Virus record (IMG/VR): IMGVR_UViG_3300025137_000014
Coordinates: 32,001-96,000 of that record
Source: a virus
DNA length: 64,000 nt
Reading direction: 5' to 3' (one strand)
The notes beneath the pieces are model-generated. The model saw only the letters and a list, made by a program, of their open reading frames with translations, ran no database searches and was not told the origin of the DNA. Shown in pieces: positions 36,723 through 47,030 of this stretch (positions within the stretch are counted from its first letter, which is position 1; each line of letters starts with the position of its first letter). The translations under genes and the position numbers were made by a program.

Positions 36723-38951
36723 ATGGCTGAAGGAAATGTTTATATTGAAGGTATTGATCCTTCGATCCCTGGTTGGGCGACCGAGACTACGATGGCTCAA
36801 ATACGAACCATATTGGCTGGAATGACTTCAAATCAAAACGCCACTAACAAAGCATTAGATAAAATATATACAGGTGAAGGCGGAGATGCCGCAAAAGCAT
36901 ATAAAATTTTGCATGATACTTTGGGAGAAGTAAGAACTCAAGGACAAAAAGCGGCACAAGAAGCCGGAAGAGATAGAACAGAACGCACAAGAACCGCAAC
37001 CCAAAATAATAAAGTAGTAGGATATTTTGAACAACTCATAAGGCAAGGTGAGATTTCAAATGAGATTGCTAAATCTGCCGCGGAAAGAAATAGGGACGCA
37101 TACATAAAGAAAACAACTACTGGTACTGATGTAACAGAAGAAATGGCAGGTAAAAAATTTGATGAAGAACAGATTTCAAAAACATTTTCAGAAGCAACAG
37201 CGGCAATAGGAAAAACTGCGGTCGGCATCCTAGCTACATCAAAAATGATTAATAGCTTTATGGGGCAACAGACAGAAGATAGATTTAATATGGCTCAAGA
37301 GATTAGACAGTCTGGGCTAATGGCAGGATTTAGTAATGTTGAGGCAGGTCTTTCTAGTATGTCTGAAATGATTAATGATAATAACTTTACTTTAGGTGAA
37401 GCCGCTGAGTTTACAAAAAGATTTTCAAGGTCTGTTGGTATGGTCGGAGTAGAAGCATCATTAAAGTTTGCTAATTCACTTACAAAGAGTACAGATTCTG
37501 GCGGACTTGATTTAATGGGAAGATTTGGTCTTGAATTTGGCGAAGTAACGTCAATGGCAGGAGAATACCTAGACTCATTAAGAAATATGGGCGTACTTGA
37601 TAGAATGAGCCAACAACAATTACGTGATGGCATGGATGATTTTATGTCAGGCGTTTCATCAACTGCAAATGTTTTAAAAATAAATTTAGAAGATGCGGCT
37701 AAGATGATTTCGCAAACTCTACAACGTGACGATGTAACATCAAGATTAGTTACTATGGCACCAGATAGAGCGGATGCTATTAGAGAAACTATTGGCTCAG
37801 CAGGAATGTTAGAAGGTACATTAGGTCAAGCAGTTATCGAAAGAATGGCGGCAGGAAGCCAAGGCGCATTTGTTCGTGAACAATCGTTCCAACAGCTAAG
37901 TGGTACCGGTATTGGTAAAGAATTACTTCCAATAGTAGAACGACTTGCATTAGCAGGCGAACAAGGACCAGAAGCATTTCAAACTGCTATTGCTGATTTA
38001 TCTCCTGACATTGAGTCTATCATTGCAAGTGCAAGTACAGAAGGCAATCGTGCAGTTTTACAAACAGACCAATTTTTACAGTCAATGGTTGCAGACTTGT
38101 CTCGTCTTAGAGCAACAGTGGAAGATGCGGACGCAGGTCCAGTTGGCCCATCACAAGCAGATAAGGCAGTATTAGAAGGTGTAGAAAATAGAAGAACGGC
38201 AGTTGTTGCATTAGAAGATGTATTCAATACACAAGTTGAAGGGTTTACAGATATATTAGGAAAAATGAATACTGCTAATACAGCCTCTATTGAGTCATTC
38301 AGAACGCTTGGAAAAGAAATTGGACCATTTGCAACAGTAGTGACTAATTTATCAGGTGAGTTAGATGTAATAACAACTAAATTTACAACAAAAATTACAA
38401 ACTTAACAAGTGAAATCGTAAAATTTGGCACCGAAATCTTTGGCGCCAGGGACGAAACCCTAGACAAAGAGATTGAAACAAACAATAATACAACCAAAGA
38501 AACGATAAAGACGTTAGAAACAAACAGAGAAACACTAGACAAAGACGCTGGTACGAATTTCTTTGGAAATGATGCGTCAAATATGTTTGATGACATTGAA
38601 AAAATATTGGGAGCCAAAGGGTCAGATAGAGTTTTAGATATTGAAGATTACACAAAAGATTTAGTTAAACAATTAGGAATGTTCGATAATAGTGAAACAT
38701 TTGATGCAACAAAAATGGCAGATTTGGCAAAAGTACTGGAAGCTGTTAATAATACTGATGCGGCAAGTACTACCGAAGGACAAGAAAATCTGAGACTAAT
38801 GTATGAAGCATTGACTAGAATGGACACTAATATGGCGTCTATATTCAAACATAAGTCTGTGGATGAACGAAATACTAACAATAATGTAAACGAACAAGAG
38901 GCTATTTTAGCTGAATTAAGAAGGTTAGTAACCGCATTAAATAACAATTAA
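36723..38951 (+). CDS. Probable tail tape-measure protein (gp29-like)
   Basis: 742 aa, Ala/Gly-rich and predicted helical; divergent from the chaperone gene. Confidence 0.6.
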   Translation: MAEGNVYIEGIDPSIPGWATETTMAQIRTILAGMTSNQNATNKALDKIYTGEGGDAAKAYKILHDTLGEVRTQGQKAAQEAGRDRTERTRTATQNNKVVGYFEQLIRQGEISNEIAKSAAERNRDAYIKKTTTGTDVTEEMAGKKFDEEQISKTFSEATAAIGKTAVGILATSKMINSFMGQQTEDRFNMAQEIRQSGLMAGFSNVEAGLSSMSEMINDNNFTLGEAAEFTKRFSRSVGMVGVEASLKFANSLTKSTDSGGLDLMGRFGLEFGEVTSMAGEYLDSLRNMGVLDRMSQQQLRDGMDDFMSGVSSTANVLKINLEDAAKMISQTLQRDDVTSRLVTMAPDRADAIRETIGSAGMLEGTLGQAVIERMAAGSQGAFVREQSFQQLSGTGIGKELLPIVERLALAGEQGPEAFQTAIADLSPDIESIIASASTEGNRAVLQTDQFLQSMVADLSRLRATVEDADAGPVGPSQADKAVLEGVENRRTAVVALEDVFNTQVEGFTDILGKMNTANTASIESFRTLGKEIGPFATVVTNLSGELDVITTKFTTKITNLTSEIVKFGTEIFGARDETLDKEIETNNNTTKETIKTLETNRETLDKDAGTNFFGNDASNMFDDIEKILGAKGSDRVLDIEDYTKDLVKQLGMFDNSETFDATKMADLAKVLEAVNNTDAASTTEGQENLRLMYEALTRMDTNMASIFKHKSVDERNTNNNVNEQEAILAELRRLVTALNNN

Positions 38952-38961
38952 GGAAAGAGTA

Positions 38962-38990
38962 TTGACAAAGGTATCAAATTATGATAGTAT
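38962..38990 (+). promoter_or_regulatory. sigma70 promoter upstream of portal
   Basis: TTGACA-N17-TAGTAT with extended TG. Confidence 0.6.
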
Positions 38991-39009
38991 TAACTCTAAG
39001 GAATAAAAA

Positions 39010-40710
39010 ATGAGCTGGAAAAAATATTTTAAGACATACGACGGAATGCCGGAGAAAATGCCTCGTTCAACAGGTACTGGTTATGCCGGAGATGCAGACA
39101 CAAAACGATATAGTAGTTGGTTACCTGAGGTTTATCAGGGACAGCCTAATCGTGTTCAACGATACGGTCAATACGACCAAATGGATTTGGATAGTGAAGT
39201 AAACACTGCACTAGATACTATTGCAGAATTTTCTACACTAAAAAACGAACAGACTAAACTTCCATTTCATATTGAATATCATGAGGACTCAACTGAGACT
39301 GAAAACGATATCATTCAAAAATCACTAAGACAGTGGTGTGCAGTAAATAAAATTACTAAAAGAATGTTTCGTATTTTCAGAAATACAGTAAAATACGGAG
39401 ACCAAATGTTTATTCGTGATCCTGAAACATACAAACTTTTTTGGGTAGATCCAGCTAAAATCGAAAAAGTTATTGTGAATGAAGGCAAGGGAAAAAAGAT
39501 TGAAGCGTACTATATTAAAGATTTAGATATTAATTTACAAACTCTTAATATTACAGCGGATACAACTAAACTATTACAAACACAAACAGGGTTAACAGGC
39601 GCACCTAATATCAATGCTAATACAACACAAGGCTTTGGTGGCGGAGCGGCAGGCGGAACACGTTTTGTTTCAGACCAAACGTCAACACCTGTAGATGCTA
39701 AACATGTTGTACATGTTTCTTTGAATGAAGGTATCGATGGCTTCTGGCCTTTTGGTAACTCAATTCTTGAACCAGTGTTTAAAGTTTACAAACAAAAAGA
39801 ATTATTAGAAGATGCTATTCTCATTTATCGTGTTCAAAGAGCACCAGAGCGTAGAGTATTCTACATTGATGTTGGTAACATGCCAACACACAAAGCAAGA
39901 GCCCACTTAGAACGTATTAAAAGTGAAATTCATCAAAGACGTATTCCAAGTAAAACAGGCGGTGGACAAAACATCGTTGATAGTGCATACAATCCACTAT
40001 CTATTATGGAAGATTACTTCTTTGCTCAAACGGCTGAAGGTCGTGGTTCTAAAGTTGAGACACTACCAGGTGGTGAGAACTTAGGACAGATTGACGATTT
40101 AAAATATTTTAATGATAAGATGATGCGTGGACTTAGAGTTCCGCCAAGCTATCTAGGTAGTATGGACAGTGATGGTAACGGCTATAATGATGGTCGTGTA
40201 GGTACTGCATTTATTCAAGAATTTAGGTTTACTAAATTCTGTGAACGTCTACAAGCATTAGTATGTGAAGACTTAGATAGAGAATTTAAGATGTTCATGA
40301 AGCACAGAGGTGTGATAATTGAAAGTTCTTTATTCGATTTGAAGTTTAATACTCCACAAAACTTTGGTAAGTATCGTCAAGCAGAAGTTGACCAAGTTAT
40401 GATGAATGTATTCACTGCAATCGAAGGCGCAGACTACATCAGTAAACGATTTGCAATGAAACGTTTCTTAGGACTAACTGATGAAGAAATCATGCAAAAC
40501 GAGAAGTTGTGGAATGAAGAAAAAGGTACTGGTGACCCACAAGATGCAGACGACCTCAAATCAGTAGGAGCAAGTGTTCCTGGTGGTGATTTTGAAGGTG
40601 GTGGCGATGTAGACTTTGATGAGACTGACCAAGATGATAATGAAGAAGGTTCAGTAATCGATGGTTCAGAAAATTCCGAAGAAGGCGAAGAAACGCCTAT
40701 AAACGTATAA
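39010..40710 (+). CDS. gp20: Portal protein
   Basis: LLEDAILIYRVQRAPERRVFYIDVG, EDYFF...GRGSKVETLPGGENLG. Confidence 0.95.
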   Translation: MSWKKYFKTYDGMPEKMPRSTGTGYAGDADTKRYSSWLPEVYQGQPNRVQRYGQYDQMDLDSEVNTALDTIAEFSTLKNEQTKLPFHIEYHEDSTETENDIIQKSLRQWCAVNKITKRMFRIFRNTVKYGDQMFIRDPETYKLFWVDPAKIEKVIVNEGKGKKIEAYYIKDLDINLQTLNITADTTKLLQTQTGLTGAPNINANTTQGFGGGAAGGTRFVSDQTSTPVDAKHVVHVSLNEGIDGFWPFGNSILEPVFKVYKQKELLEDAILIYRVQRAPERRVFYIDVGNMPTHKARAHLERIKSEIHQRRIPSKTGGGQNIVDSAYNPLSIMEDYFFAQTAEGRGSKVETLPGGENLGQIDDLKYFNDKMMRGLRVPPSYLGSMDSDGNGYNDGRVGTAFIQEFRFTKFCERLQALVCEDLDREFKMFMKHRGVIIESSLFDLKFNTPQNFGKYRQAEVDQVMMNVFTAIEGADYISKRFAMKRFLGLTDEEIMQNEKLWNEEKGTGDPQDADDLKSVGASVPGGDFEGGGDVDFDETDQDDNEEGSVIDGSENSEEGEETPINV

Positions 40711-40736
40711 ATAGATATAGTTAACGGAGTCTTTAA

Positions 40737-40955
40737 ATGAAGTACAGTGATATTAATGAAAACTATTCTCCCGATAGGGATGAACATAATAGTATAGAAA
40801 TAGATGATACAAGAAAAAATCGTCTAACACTTACTCACCTTAATGACTTACGTAAAATGCGTGAGTATAGAAAAGTACAGAATTCACAAGAAAAAGTAAA
40901 GCTAAAAGCACAATATGCCGGTAGTTCTGAAGGATCTTCTGAGCCTGAACTTTAA
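40737..40955 (+). CDS. Conserved small protein downstream of portal
   Basis: 72 aa; TATAAATA at 40706; DDTRKNRLTLTHLNDLRKMR. Confidence 0.7.
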   Translation: MKYSDINENYSPDRDEHNSIEIDDTRKNRLTLTHLNDLRKMREYRKVQNSQEKVKLKAQYAGSSEGSSEPEL

Positions 40956-41099
40956 TACTTAAGAGTCAAATAATTGCTTCAAAAAGCAGTTATATATGTA
41001 TATAAGTTGTATATAACCTTTGTTAAATAACTTATATCTGAAAGACGGCTTAAAAAACAGCCGTTTTGTACTATTTCCATAATAAACCTCAAAAACCTC

Positions 41100-41107
41100 T
41101 ATAAATA
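41100..41107 (+). promoter_or_regulatory. Late promoter TATAAATA of head operon
   Basis: Exact T4 late consensus. Confidence 0.75.
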
Positions 41108-41196
41108 CATGTGAAACAAATAGAAGTGTTTCTACAACCTTGCCACATCAAGCGACTTTGCAAACGTGGCGATTATAGAAGATAAGGAGACATATT

Positions 41197-42096
41197 ATGT
41201 CAGACAGAAGTACATTAGAACAAGTACTAGAACTTCTAATCAACGAGGAAAAAGACGCCGCAGAAAATATGCTACATGACTTTATAGTAGCAGAGGCTCG
41301 TAGGATCCACGAAGAACTTCTTAACGATAGTGACGAAGTTGTAGAAGAAGACCTCGAGGATATAGACGAATCTGAGGCCGAAACTGACCAAGTTGAGGAC
41401 AAAGAAGAAGTACAAGAAGTAGCATCAATCGAAGATAGCCAAGCTATTGAAGACGATACTGCTGAAATCGAAAACGAAGAATTCTATGATGCAGACGAAT
41501 CTGATGAAGACGAAGCTGTTGCAGACCTAGAAATGGGTGATGCAGAAGCGGAAGCTCCAGCAGAAGATATGGAAGCACGTGTAGACGACCTAGAGTCAAA
41601 TCTAGCGGATCTTGAAGCGGAATTCGAAAAAATTATGTCAGGTGAAGGCGATGACATGGAAGACGAAGCAGACGAAGAAGAAATGGATGCGGAAGACGAC
41701 ATGGAAGAAGCAACTGAAATTGAAGCTGTTGAAGAAGTATCAGCGGATGAATCAGATGAACTAGAACTTGATTTAGACGAATCAGAAGACGAAGCAGAAG
41801 CAGACGAAGATGAAAAGTTGGAAGAATATGTAACTCCAGCATCAGCTTCAACAGGCGATGACGGCGATAAAGCGGCATCACCAGTTAATGCAAATGCAAA
41901 GCGTCCTGGTGACGACTCAAATGCAAAACCAGTAGGCCAAAGCGATGGTAACACCGCAGGCGGAAAAGGTGATGCACCAAAAGATATGTCAACAGGTAAC
42001 GTTAACGTTTCTGGAAACAGTAAAGCACCTGCAATGAGCCCAAAATCGGCTTCTGAAGGTGATGGCGGCGCTAACACTAAGTCAGTTAGTAGCTAA
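41197..42096 (+). CDS. Highly acidic prohead core/scaffold protein
   Basis: 299 aa D/E-rich, between portal and protease. Confidence 0.7.
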   Translation: MSDRSTLEQVLELLINEEKDAAENMLHDFIVAEARRIHEELLNDSDEVVEEDLEDIDESEAETDQVEDKEEVQEVASIEDSQAIEDDTAEIENEEFYDADESDEDEAVADLEMGDAEAEAPAEDMEARVDDLESNLADLEAEFEKIMSGEGDDMEDEADEEEMDAEDDMEEATEIEAVEEVSADESDELELDLDESEDEAEADEDEKLEEYVTPASASTGDDGDKAASPVNANAKRPGDDSNAKPVGQSDGNTAGGKGDAPKDMSTGNVNVSGNSKAPAMSPKSASEGDGGANTKSVSS

Positions 42097-42116
42097 TAAA
42101 ACTTTGGAGAAAACCA

Positions 42117-42746
42117 ATGACCGTTCTTATTGAAAGACTATCCCACAAACAAGCGAATGTGAAATCACGTATCGTTGAAGGTGATGACGGTGGAAAAAAC
42201 ATGTTCATGGAAGGCATTTTCGTTCAAGGTAACGTAAAAAATGCTAACCAAAGGGTTTACCCTGTATCTGAAATTACTAGGGCTGTTGAATCAGTTCAAG
42301 CTAAAATCAGTGACGGATTCCCGGTTTTAGGTGAATGTGACCATCCGCCGGAGTTAACAGTCAATGTTGACCGTGTTTCGCATATTATTGAAAGTATGTG
42401 GATGGATGGACCGAACGGATATGGTAAACTTAAAATTGTTCCTACACCCATGGGTAACATTATCAGAACACTAATCGAATCAGGTGCCACGCTAGGTGTC
42501 TCATCTCGTGGTTCTGGTGAAGTTGGCAACAGTGGGAATGTTAGCAATTTTGAGATTGTCACAGTGGACATCGTAGCACAACCAAGTGCTCCGGAGGCAT
42601 ATCCGAAGGCAATCTACGAAGGTTTAATGAACATGCGTGGAGGTTACCAAACTTGGCAACTTGCACAAAATGTACAAACAGACAAGGTCGCTCAAAAATA
42701 CTTGTCAGAACAAATCGTTAAGTTCATTAATGAACTTAAACTATAA
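42117..42746 (+). CDS. gp21: Prohead protease
   Basis: GIFVQG..KNANQRVY, GECDHP, LGVSSRGSG, DIVAQPSAP. Confidence 0.95.
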   Translation: MTVLIERLSHKQANVKSRIVEGDDGGKNMFMEGIFVQGNVKNANQRVYPVSEITRAVESVQAKISDGFPVLGECDHPPELTVNVDRVSHIIESMWMDGPNGYGKLKIVPTPMGNIIRTLIESGATLGVSSRGSGEVGNSGNVSNFEIVTVDIVAQPSAPEAYPKAIYEGLMNMRGGYQTWQLAQNVQTDKVAQKYLSEQIVKFINELKL

Positions 42747-42761
42747 ACAGGAGAAGCAACA

Positions 42762-43883
42762 ATGGCAAACGAAATCCTTGCTAATCTTTTAGAGTCAGGA
42801 GCACTTTCCGAAGAGGCAGGCGCTCAAATTAAAGAGGCTTTAGAAGCAAAATTGAATGAAGCAAGAGAGGAGATTACAGCCGAGTTGCGTGAGGAGTTCG
42901 CACAGAAGTTTGAACATGACAAATCAGTAATAGTTGAAGCTATGGATAACATGCTTAATACAACAATTAAAGCTGAAATGACAGAGTTTAAAACAGACCG
43001 TGAACAACTTATCGCAGAAAGGGTAGCATACAAGAAAGCAATTTCTGAACATGCTAAACTCCTTGAAAGATTCATTGCATCTCGTTTAGCGACCGAAGTT
43101 AAAGAACTCAGAGCAGATAGGGCAAAAGTTAACGAAAATCTACAGGAAACTAAGAAATTCGTTGTTAAACAACTTAGCCGTGAACTAGCTGAGTTCCACA
43201 ACGATAAACGTGAATTAGTTAATACTAAAGTACGTTTAGTAGCAGAAGGAAAAAATATTCTTAACAAGACCAAAGAATCGTTTATTAAACGTTCAGCGGA
43301 ACTTGTTGAAAATACAATTAAGAATTCTTTACGTTCAGAAATGAAAACGCTTAAAGAAGATATCGTACAAGCTAAAGAAAACGAGTTTGGACGTAAAGTC
43401 TTTGAAGCATTTTCAGGCGAATTTATGGCTTCACAATTAAATGAAGGCACAGAAGTAGCTAAAGTGAACAAGAAACTTAGTGAGTCTGCTAACAAGGTTG
43501 CAGAACTTGAAAAAGTGATAACTGATAAAAATACAGATATTGAAGGCGCTAAGAAGGCCCAACGTATACTAGAAGACAAGATGAACCGTAAAGAGGTTAT
43601 GTCAGGTCTACTATCACCGTTAGGCAAAGAAAAAGCAAACGTAATGTCTGACTTATTAGAGTCAGTAAAAACTTCAAATCTACAAACAGCATTCAAGAAA
43701 TATCTACCAGCTGTTTTAGATGAAAAGAACGTTTCAACGAAAGACGAAACAAAAACATTAACAGAAGGCAAAGTAACTGAAATAACTGGTGACCGTGAGG
43801 TAGCAACACACGTGGAATCACAGTCAACAGGAAGCGATGCCCAAATTATCCAGCTTAAGAAACTTGCTGGATTAACCAGATAA
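42762..43883 (+). CDS. gp22: Prohead core scaffolding protein
   Basis: Coiled-coil, between gp21 and gp23. Confidence 0.85.
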   Translation: MANEILANLLESGALSEEAGAQIKEALEAKLNEAREEITAELREEFAQKFEHDKSVIVEAMDNMLNTTIKAEMTEFKTDREQLIAERVAYKKAISEHAKLLERFIASRLATEVKELRADRAKVNENLQETKKFVVKQLSRELAEFHNDKRELVNTKVRLVAEGKNILNKTKESFIKRSAELVENTIKNSLRSEMKTLKEDIVQAKENEFGRKVFEAFSGEFMASQLNEGTEVAKVNKKLSESANKVAELEKVITDKNTDIEGAKKAQRILEDKMNRKEVMSGLLSPLGKEKANVMSDLLESVKTSNLQTAFKKYLPAVLDEKNVSTKDETKTLTEGKVTEITGDREVATHVESQSTGSDAQIIQLKKLAGLTR

Positions 43884-43899
43884 ATCAGGAGAATAAAAG

Positions 43900-45054
43900 A
43901 TGGAAAATCTTTTTGAAGGAAATAACTGGGACGGTACACGTGATGCACTACTAGAAGGTCTAGAAGGCACAAAACGTGACACAATGTCCGCAGTTTTAGA
44001 AAACACTAAAGTAGCACTTAATGAAAGTGCAACTGCTGGTGCAACGCAGGCTGGTAATATCGCTACTCTAAATAAAGTGATTCTACCAGTTATCCGTCGT
44101 GTAATGCCAACAGTTATCGCAAACGAAATCATCGGCGTACAGCCAATGACAGGTCCAGTAGGCCAAATTCACACACTAAGAGTACGTTACGCAGAAGCAA
44201 AAGCTGGCGTGGCGGCAGGTGATGAAGCACTAAGTCCATTTGAAATTGCTAACGCATATTCAGGTGACGCGGCAGGGGCTCCGGCTTCTACAGCATCACT
44301 AGAAGGTGAAGCAGGTTCAAAAATGTCAATTCAAGTACTAAAGCAAACAGTTGAAGCGAAAACTCGTAAACTGTCTGCACGTTGGACATTTGAAGCGGCT
44401 CAGGACGCTAACTCAATGCACGGTTTAGATATCGAAGCTGAAATCATGGCGGCATTAGCAATGGAAATCACTGCTGAAATCGACCAAGAAATCTTAGGTT
44501 CACTATCAAGCCTAGCAACTACTGGCGCTACATATGACATGTCAGCATCTTTCACAGGTACACCAACATTTATCGGTGACAGACATGCCGTTCTTGCGAC
44601 ATTAATTAACCAACAAGCTAACCTAGTAGCACAGCGTACAAGACGTGGCGCGGCTAACTGGGCAGTTATCTCACCATCAGCACTAACAGTTCTACAATCT
44701 GCAACTACATCAGCATTTGCACGTACAACTGAAGGTACTTTTGAAGCACCAACTAATACTAAGTTCGTAGGTACTCTAAACAGTACTATGAGAGTATATG
44801 TAAACACATATGCATCATCAGATGACGTATTATTGGGTTACAAAGGTCAAGGCGAAATCGATGCGGCGGCGTTCTATTGCCCATACGTACCGTTAATGTC
44901 TTCAGGCGTTGTGGTAGATCCAAGTTCATTCGAACCAGTAGTGTCATTTATGACTCGTTACGGTTATGTTGAACTAACAAACACTGCATCATCACTAGGT
45001 AATGCGGCAGACTACGTTTCTAAAATCGCAGTCTCAAATCTATCTTTCGTATAA
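43900..45054 (+). CDS. gp23: Major capsid protein
   Basis: VQPMTGPVGQI, VEAKTRKLSARWTFEAAQD, AAFYCPYVPL. Confidence 0.97.
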   Translation: MENLFEGNNWDGTRDALLEGLEGTKRDTMSAVLENTKVALNESATAGATQAGNIATLNKVILPVIRRVMPTVIANEIIGVQPMTGPVGQIHTLRVRYAEAKAGVAAGDEALSPFEIANAYSGDAAGAPASTASLEGEAGSKMSIQVLKQTVEAKTRKLSARWTFEAAQDANSMHGLDIEAEIMAALAMEITAEIDQEILGSLSSLATTGATYDMSASFTGTPTFIGDRHAVLATLINQQANLVAQRTRRGAANWAVISPSALTVLQSATTSAFARTTEGTFEAPTNTKFVGTLNSTMRVYVNTYASSDDVLLGYKGQGEIDAAAFYCPYVPLMSSGVVVDPSSFEPVVSFMTRYGYVELTNTASSLGNAADYVSKIAVSNLSFV

Positions 45055-45076
45055 TTCGTTATACACAGATTACAAG

Positions 45077-45106
45077 AAAGCCGGGATTTATTCCCGGCTT
45101 TTTTTA
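45077..45106 (+). terminator. Rho-independent terminator after MCP
   Basis: AAAGCCGGGA-TTTAT-TCCCGGCTTT plus T tract. Confidence 0.9.
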
Positions 45107-45177
45107 TGGCTAAAAAACCATGAAATCTGATAAATACAATTAGATAAGAAATATAACCCGTTTGAGAGAGAAACCAC

Positions 45178-46914
45178 ATGGCAGAGCAAATTAAATTCGG
45201 AGACAGATTATTTCTAAAAGGCGAAAAGCTAATTTTAGATTCTGTCGCTAACGCAGTAATTAAACCTAAAAATGGAACACTAGAAATTGATGGTGACTTA
45301 CATGTATTGGGTGCAACTACTACAGTTAACTCAGAAACAGTTTCAATCGCAGATCCATTTATATTATTAAATGGTGATTTAACAGGATCAGCTACAGAAG
45401 ATGTTGGTATCGAAATCAATCGTGGAACAGACGATAATAAGAAATTAGGTTGGGACGAATCAGACGAAAAGTTTTCAACTTTTGGTAGCGAGTTTGTAAC
45501 AACGGCTATTGAAGCAAATAGTATTGAACTTACAGGCGCCCTAGTAGGTGATGTAAATTCAGAAAACGGTGATGTAATAATTGATGTTACTGGTAATGGC
45601 ACAGTTGATATTAACTCAGGTAATATTGACGGAACTGTTATTGGTGCAACTGTACCAGCACAAGCGACATTTACTACTATAACTGGTGATGGTACTGCAA
45701 TAACAAACGTATTAACAAATTATACTACAGATGATTTAACTGAAGGCACTGCATTATATTATACAGATGCACGTGCTAGAGCGTCTATTAGTATGTCAGC
45801 CAATAGTGAGTTAACATATGATCCAGCAACTGGTGTTATATCATTCTCAGGAAATTATTATCAAGATTCAGATGCTAGAGCGGCAATCTCAGTTGATGGT
45901 AATGAAATAGGTTATGACTCAGTAACTGGTATTATAAGTTATGATGCTCCTACAGACTTTGGTCTTTTAACAGATGCAAATGTTATTTCAGGAAGTACTG
46001 GAGGATCAACAGGTTCTAGTTTACCAACTAATGTTGGTTCTTTCTTTAATGATGCAGGGTATGTTACACAGAGTTATCAAGGCTTCACCGCAGATTGGCA
46101 AGCAGATGATGTAACTAATTTAAATGCGGCAAAGGCTTACACTGACCAACAAATTAATTCGGTTGTTGACGTTGCTCCGTTACAATTAAACACATTAAAA
46201 AAATTAGCGGCGGCAGTAAATAACGATGCCAATTATAGTACATCAATACAAAATCAAATTAATGCTATGGCAATAGCCAATAATTTAGCAACTGTGGCTA
46301 CATCAGGTAGCTTTAATGATTTACTAGACCAACCAATTATTCCTACAAATGTAAGTGACTTACCAAATGACAGTGGTTACTTAACTTCTGGTGATTTACC
46401 AACTAATAATATGATTAACAATGGTAATAATACAGTAGCAGGAAGCATAACACCATTAAACGATGCATCTTTCAGCTTGGGTTCTCCAACAAAAAGATGG
46501 GAATATGTATATGGTGAAACCATTGAGGCAACATATGCCGACTTGGCTGAAAGATACGAGGCAGATGCTGTTTATGAAACTGGCACTGTACTTATATTCG
46601 GCGGCGATAAAGAAGTTACTAGAACAGACGTACACACTGACTATAGAGTAGCAGGTGTAGTAAGTACTAACCCAGCTTATAAAATGAATTCAGATGCCGG
46701 CACAGATGATACACATCCTTACATTGCATTACGTGGTAGAGTTCCATGTCAAGTAATGGGACCAGTATCAAAAGGTGATTTAATGGTAACATCTAGTGTC
46801 AAAGGACACGCAAAAAGTGTTAAAGGAAATGACGTTGGTAATGCAGTTTTCGCCAAATCTTTGACAAATGACCCCTCAGAGGGCTCTAAAATTATAGAAG
46901 TAGTAATACTTTAA
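45178..46914 (+). CDS. Fibre protein with C-terminal peptidase G2-like intramolecular chaperone
   Basis: ATYADLAERYEAD...GVVSTNPAY...IALRGRVPC; GATAAATA at 45129. Confidence 0.65.
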   Translation: MAEQIKFGDRLFLKGEKLILDSVANAVIKPKNGTLEIDGDLHVLGATTTVNSETVSIADPFILLNGDLTGSATEDVGIEINRGTDDNKKLGWDESDEKFSTFGSEFVTTAIEANSIELTGALVGDVNSENGDVIIDVTGNGTVDINSGNIDGTVIGATVPAQATFTTITGDGTAITNVLTNYTTDDLTEGTALYYTDARARASISMSANSELTYDPATGVISFSGNYYQDSDARAAISVDGNEIGYDSVTGIISYDAPTDFGLLTDANVISGSTGGSTGSSLPTNVGSFFNDAGYVTQSYQGFTADWQADDVTNLNAAKAYTDQQINSVVDVAPLQLNTLKKLAAAVNNDANYSTSIQNQINAMAIANNLATVATSGSFNDLLDQPIIPTNVSDLPNDSGYLTSGDLPTNNMINNGNNTVAGSITPLNDASFSLGSPTKRWEYVYGETIEATYADLAERYEADAVYETGTVLIFGGDKEVTRTDVHTDYRVAGVVSTNPAYKMNSDAGTDDTHPYIALRGRVPCQVMGPVSKGDLMVTSSVKGHAKSVKGNDVGNAVFAKSLTNDPSEGSKIIEVVIL

Positions 46915-47030
46915 TAATTAAATACATATAGTCATATATTAACATCCTAAGATAAATAAGTGTAGATTACACTTAACCCAATTCAGTGTAGTTTATAATA
47001 AATCGATTTTTTATAGACGGGAGAAACAAT

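Noticed and set aside
2739-38947. Numerous short opposite-strand or alternate-frame ORFs inside large structural genes
   Set aside because: Fully overlap well-supported genes and show no recognisable motifs.
41053-41062. AAAAACAGCC shared with 59841-59850
   Set aside because: Only two copies with inconsistent distance to promoters; one is part of a hairpin.
41484-43984. Long antisense ORFs 41484..42077 and 42824..43984
   Set aside because: Shadows of the acidic scaffold and coiled-coil gp22 genes; Ser/Leu-rich low-complexity translations with no SD or promoter.
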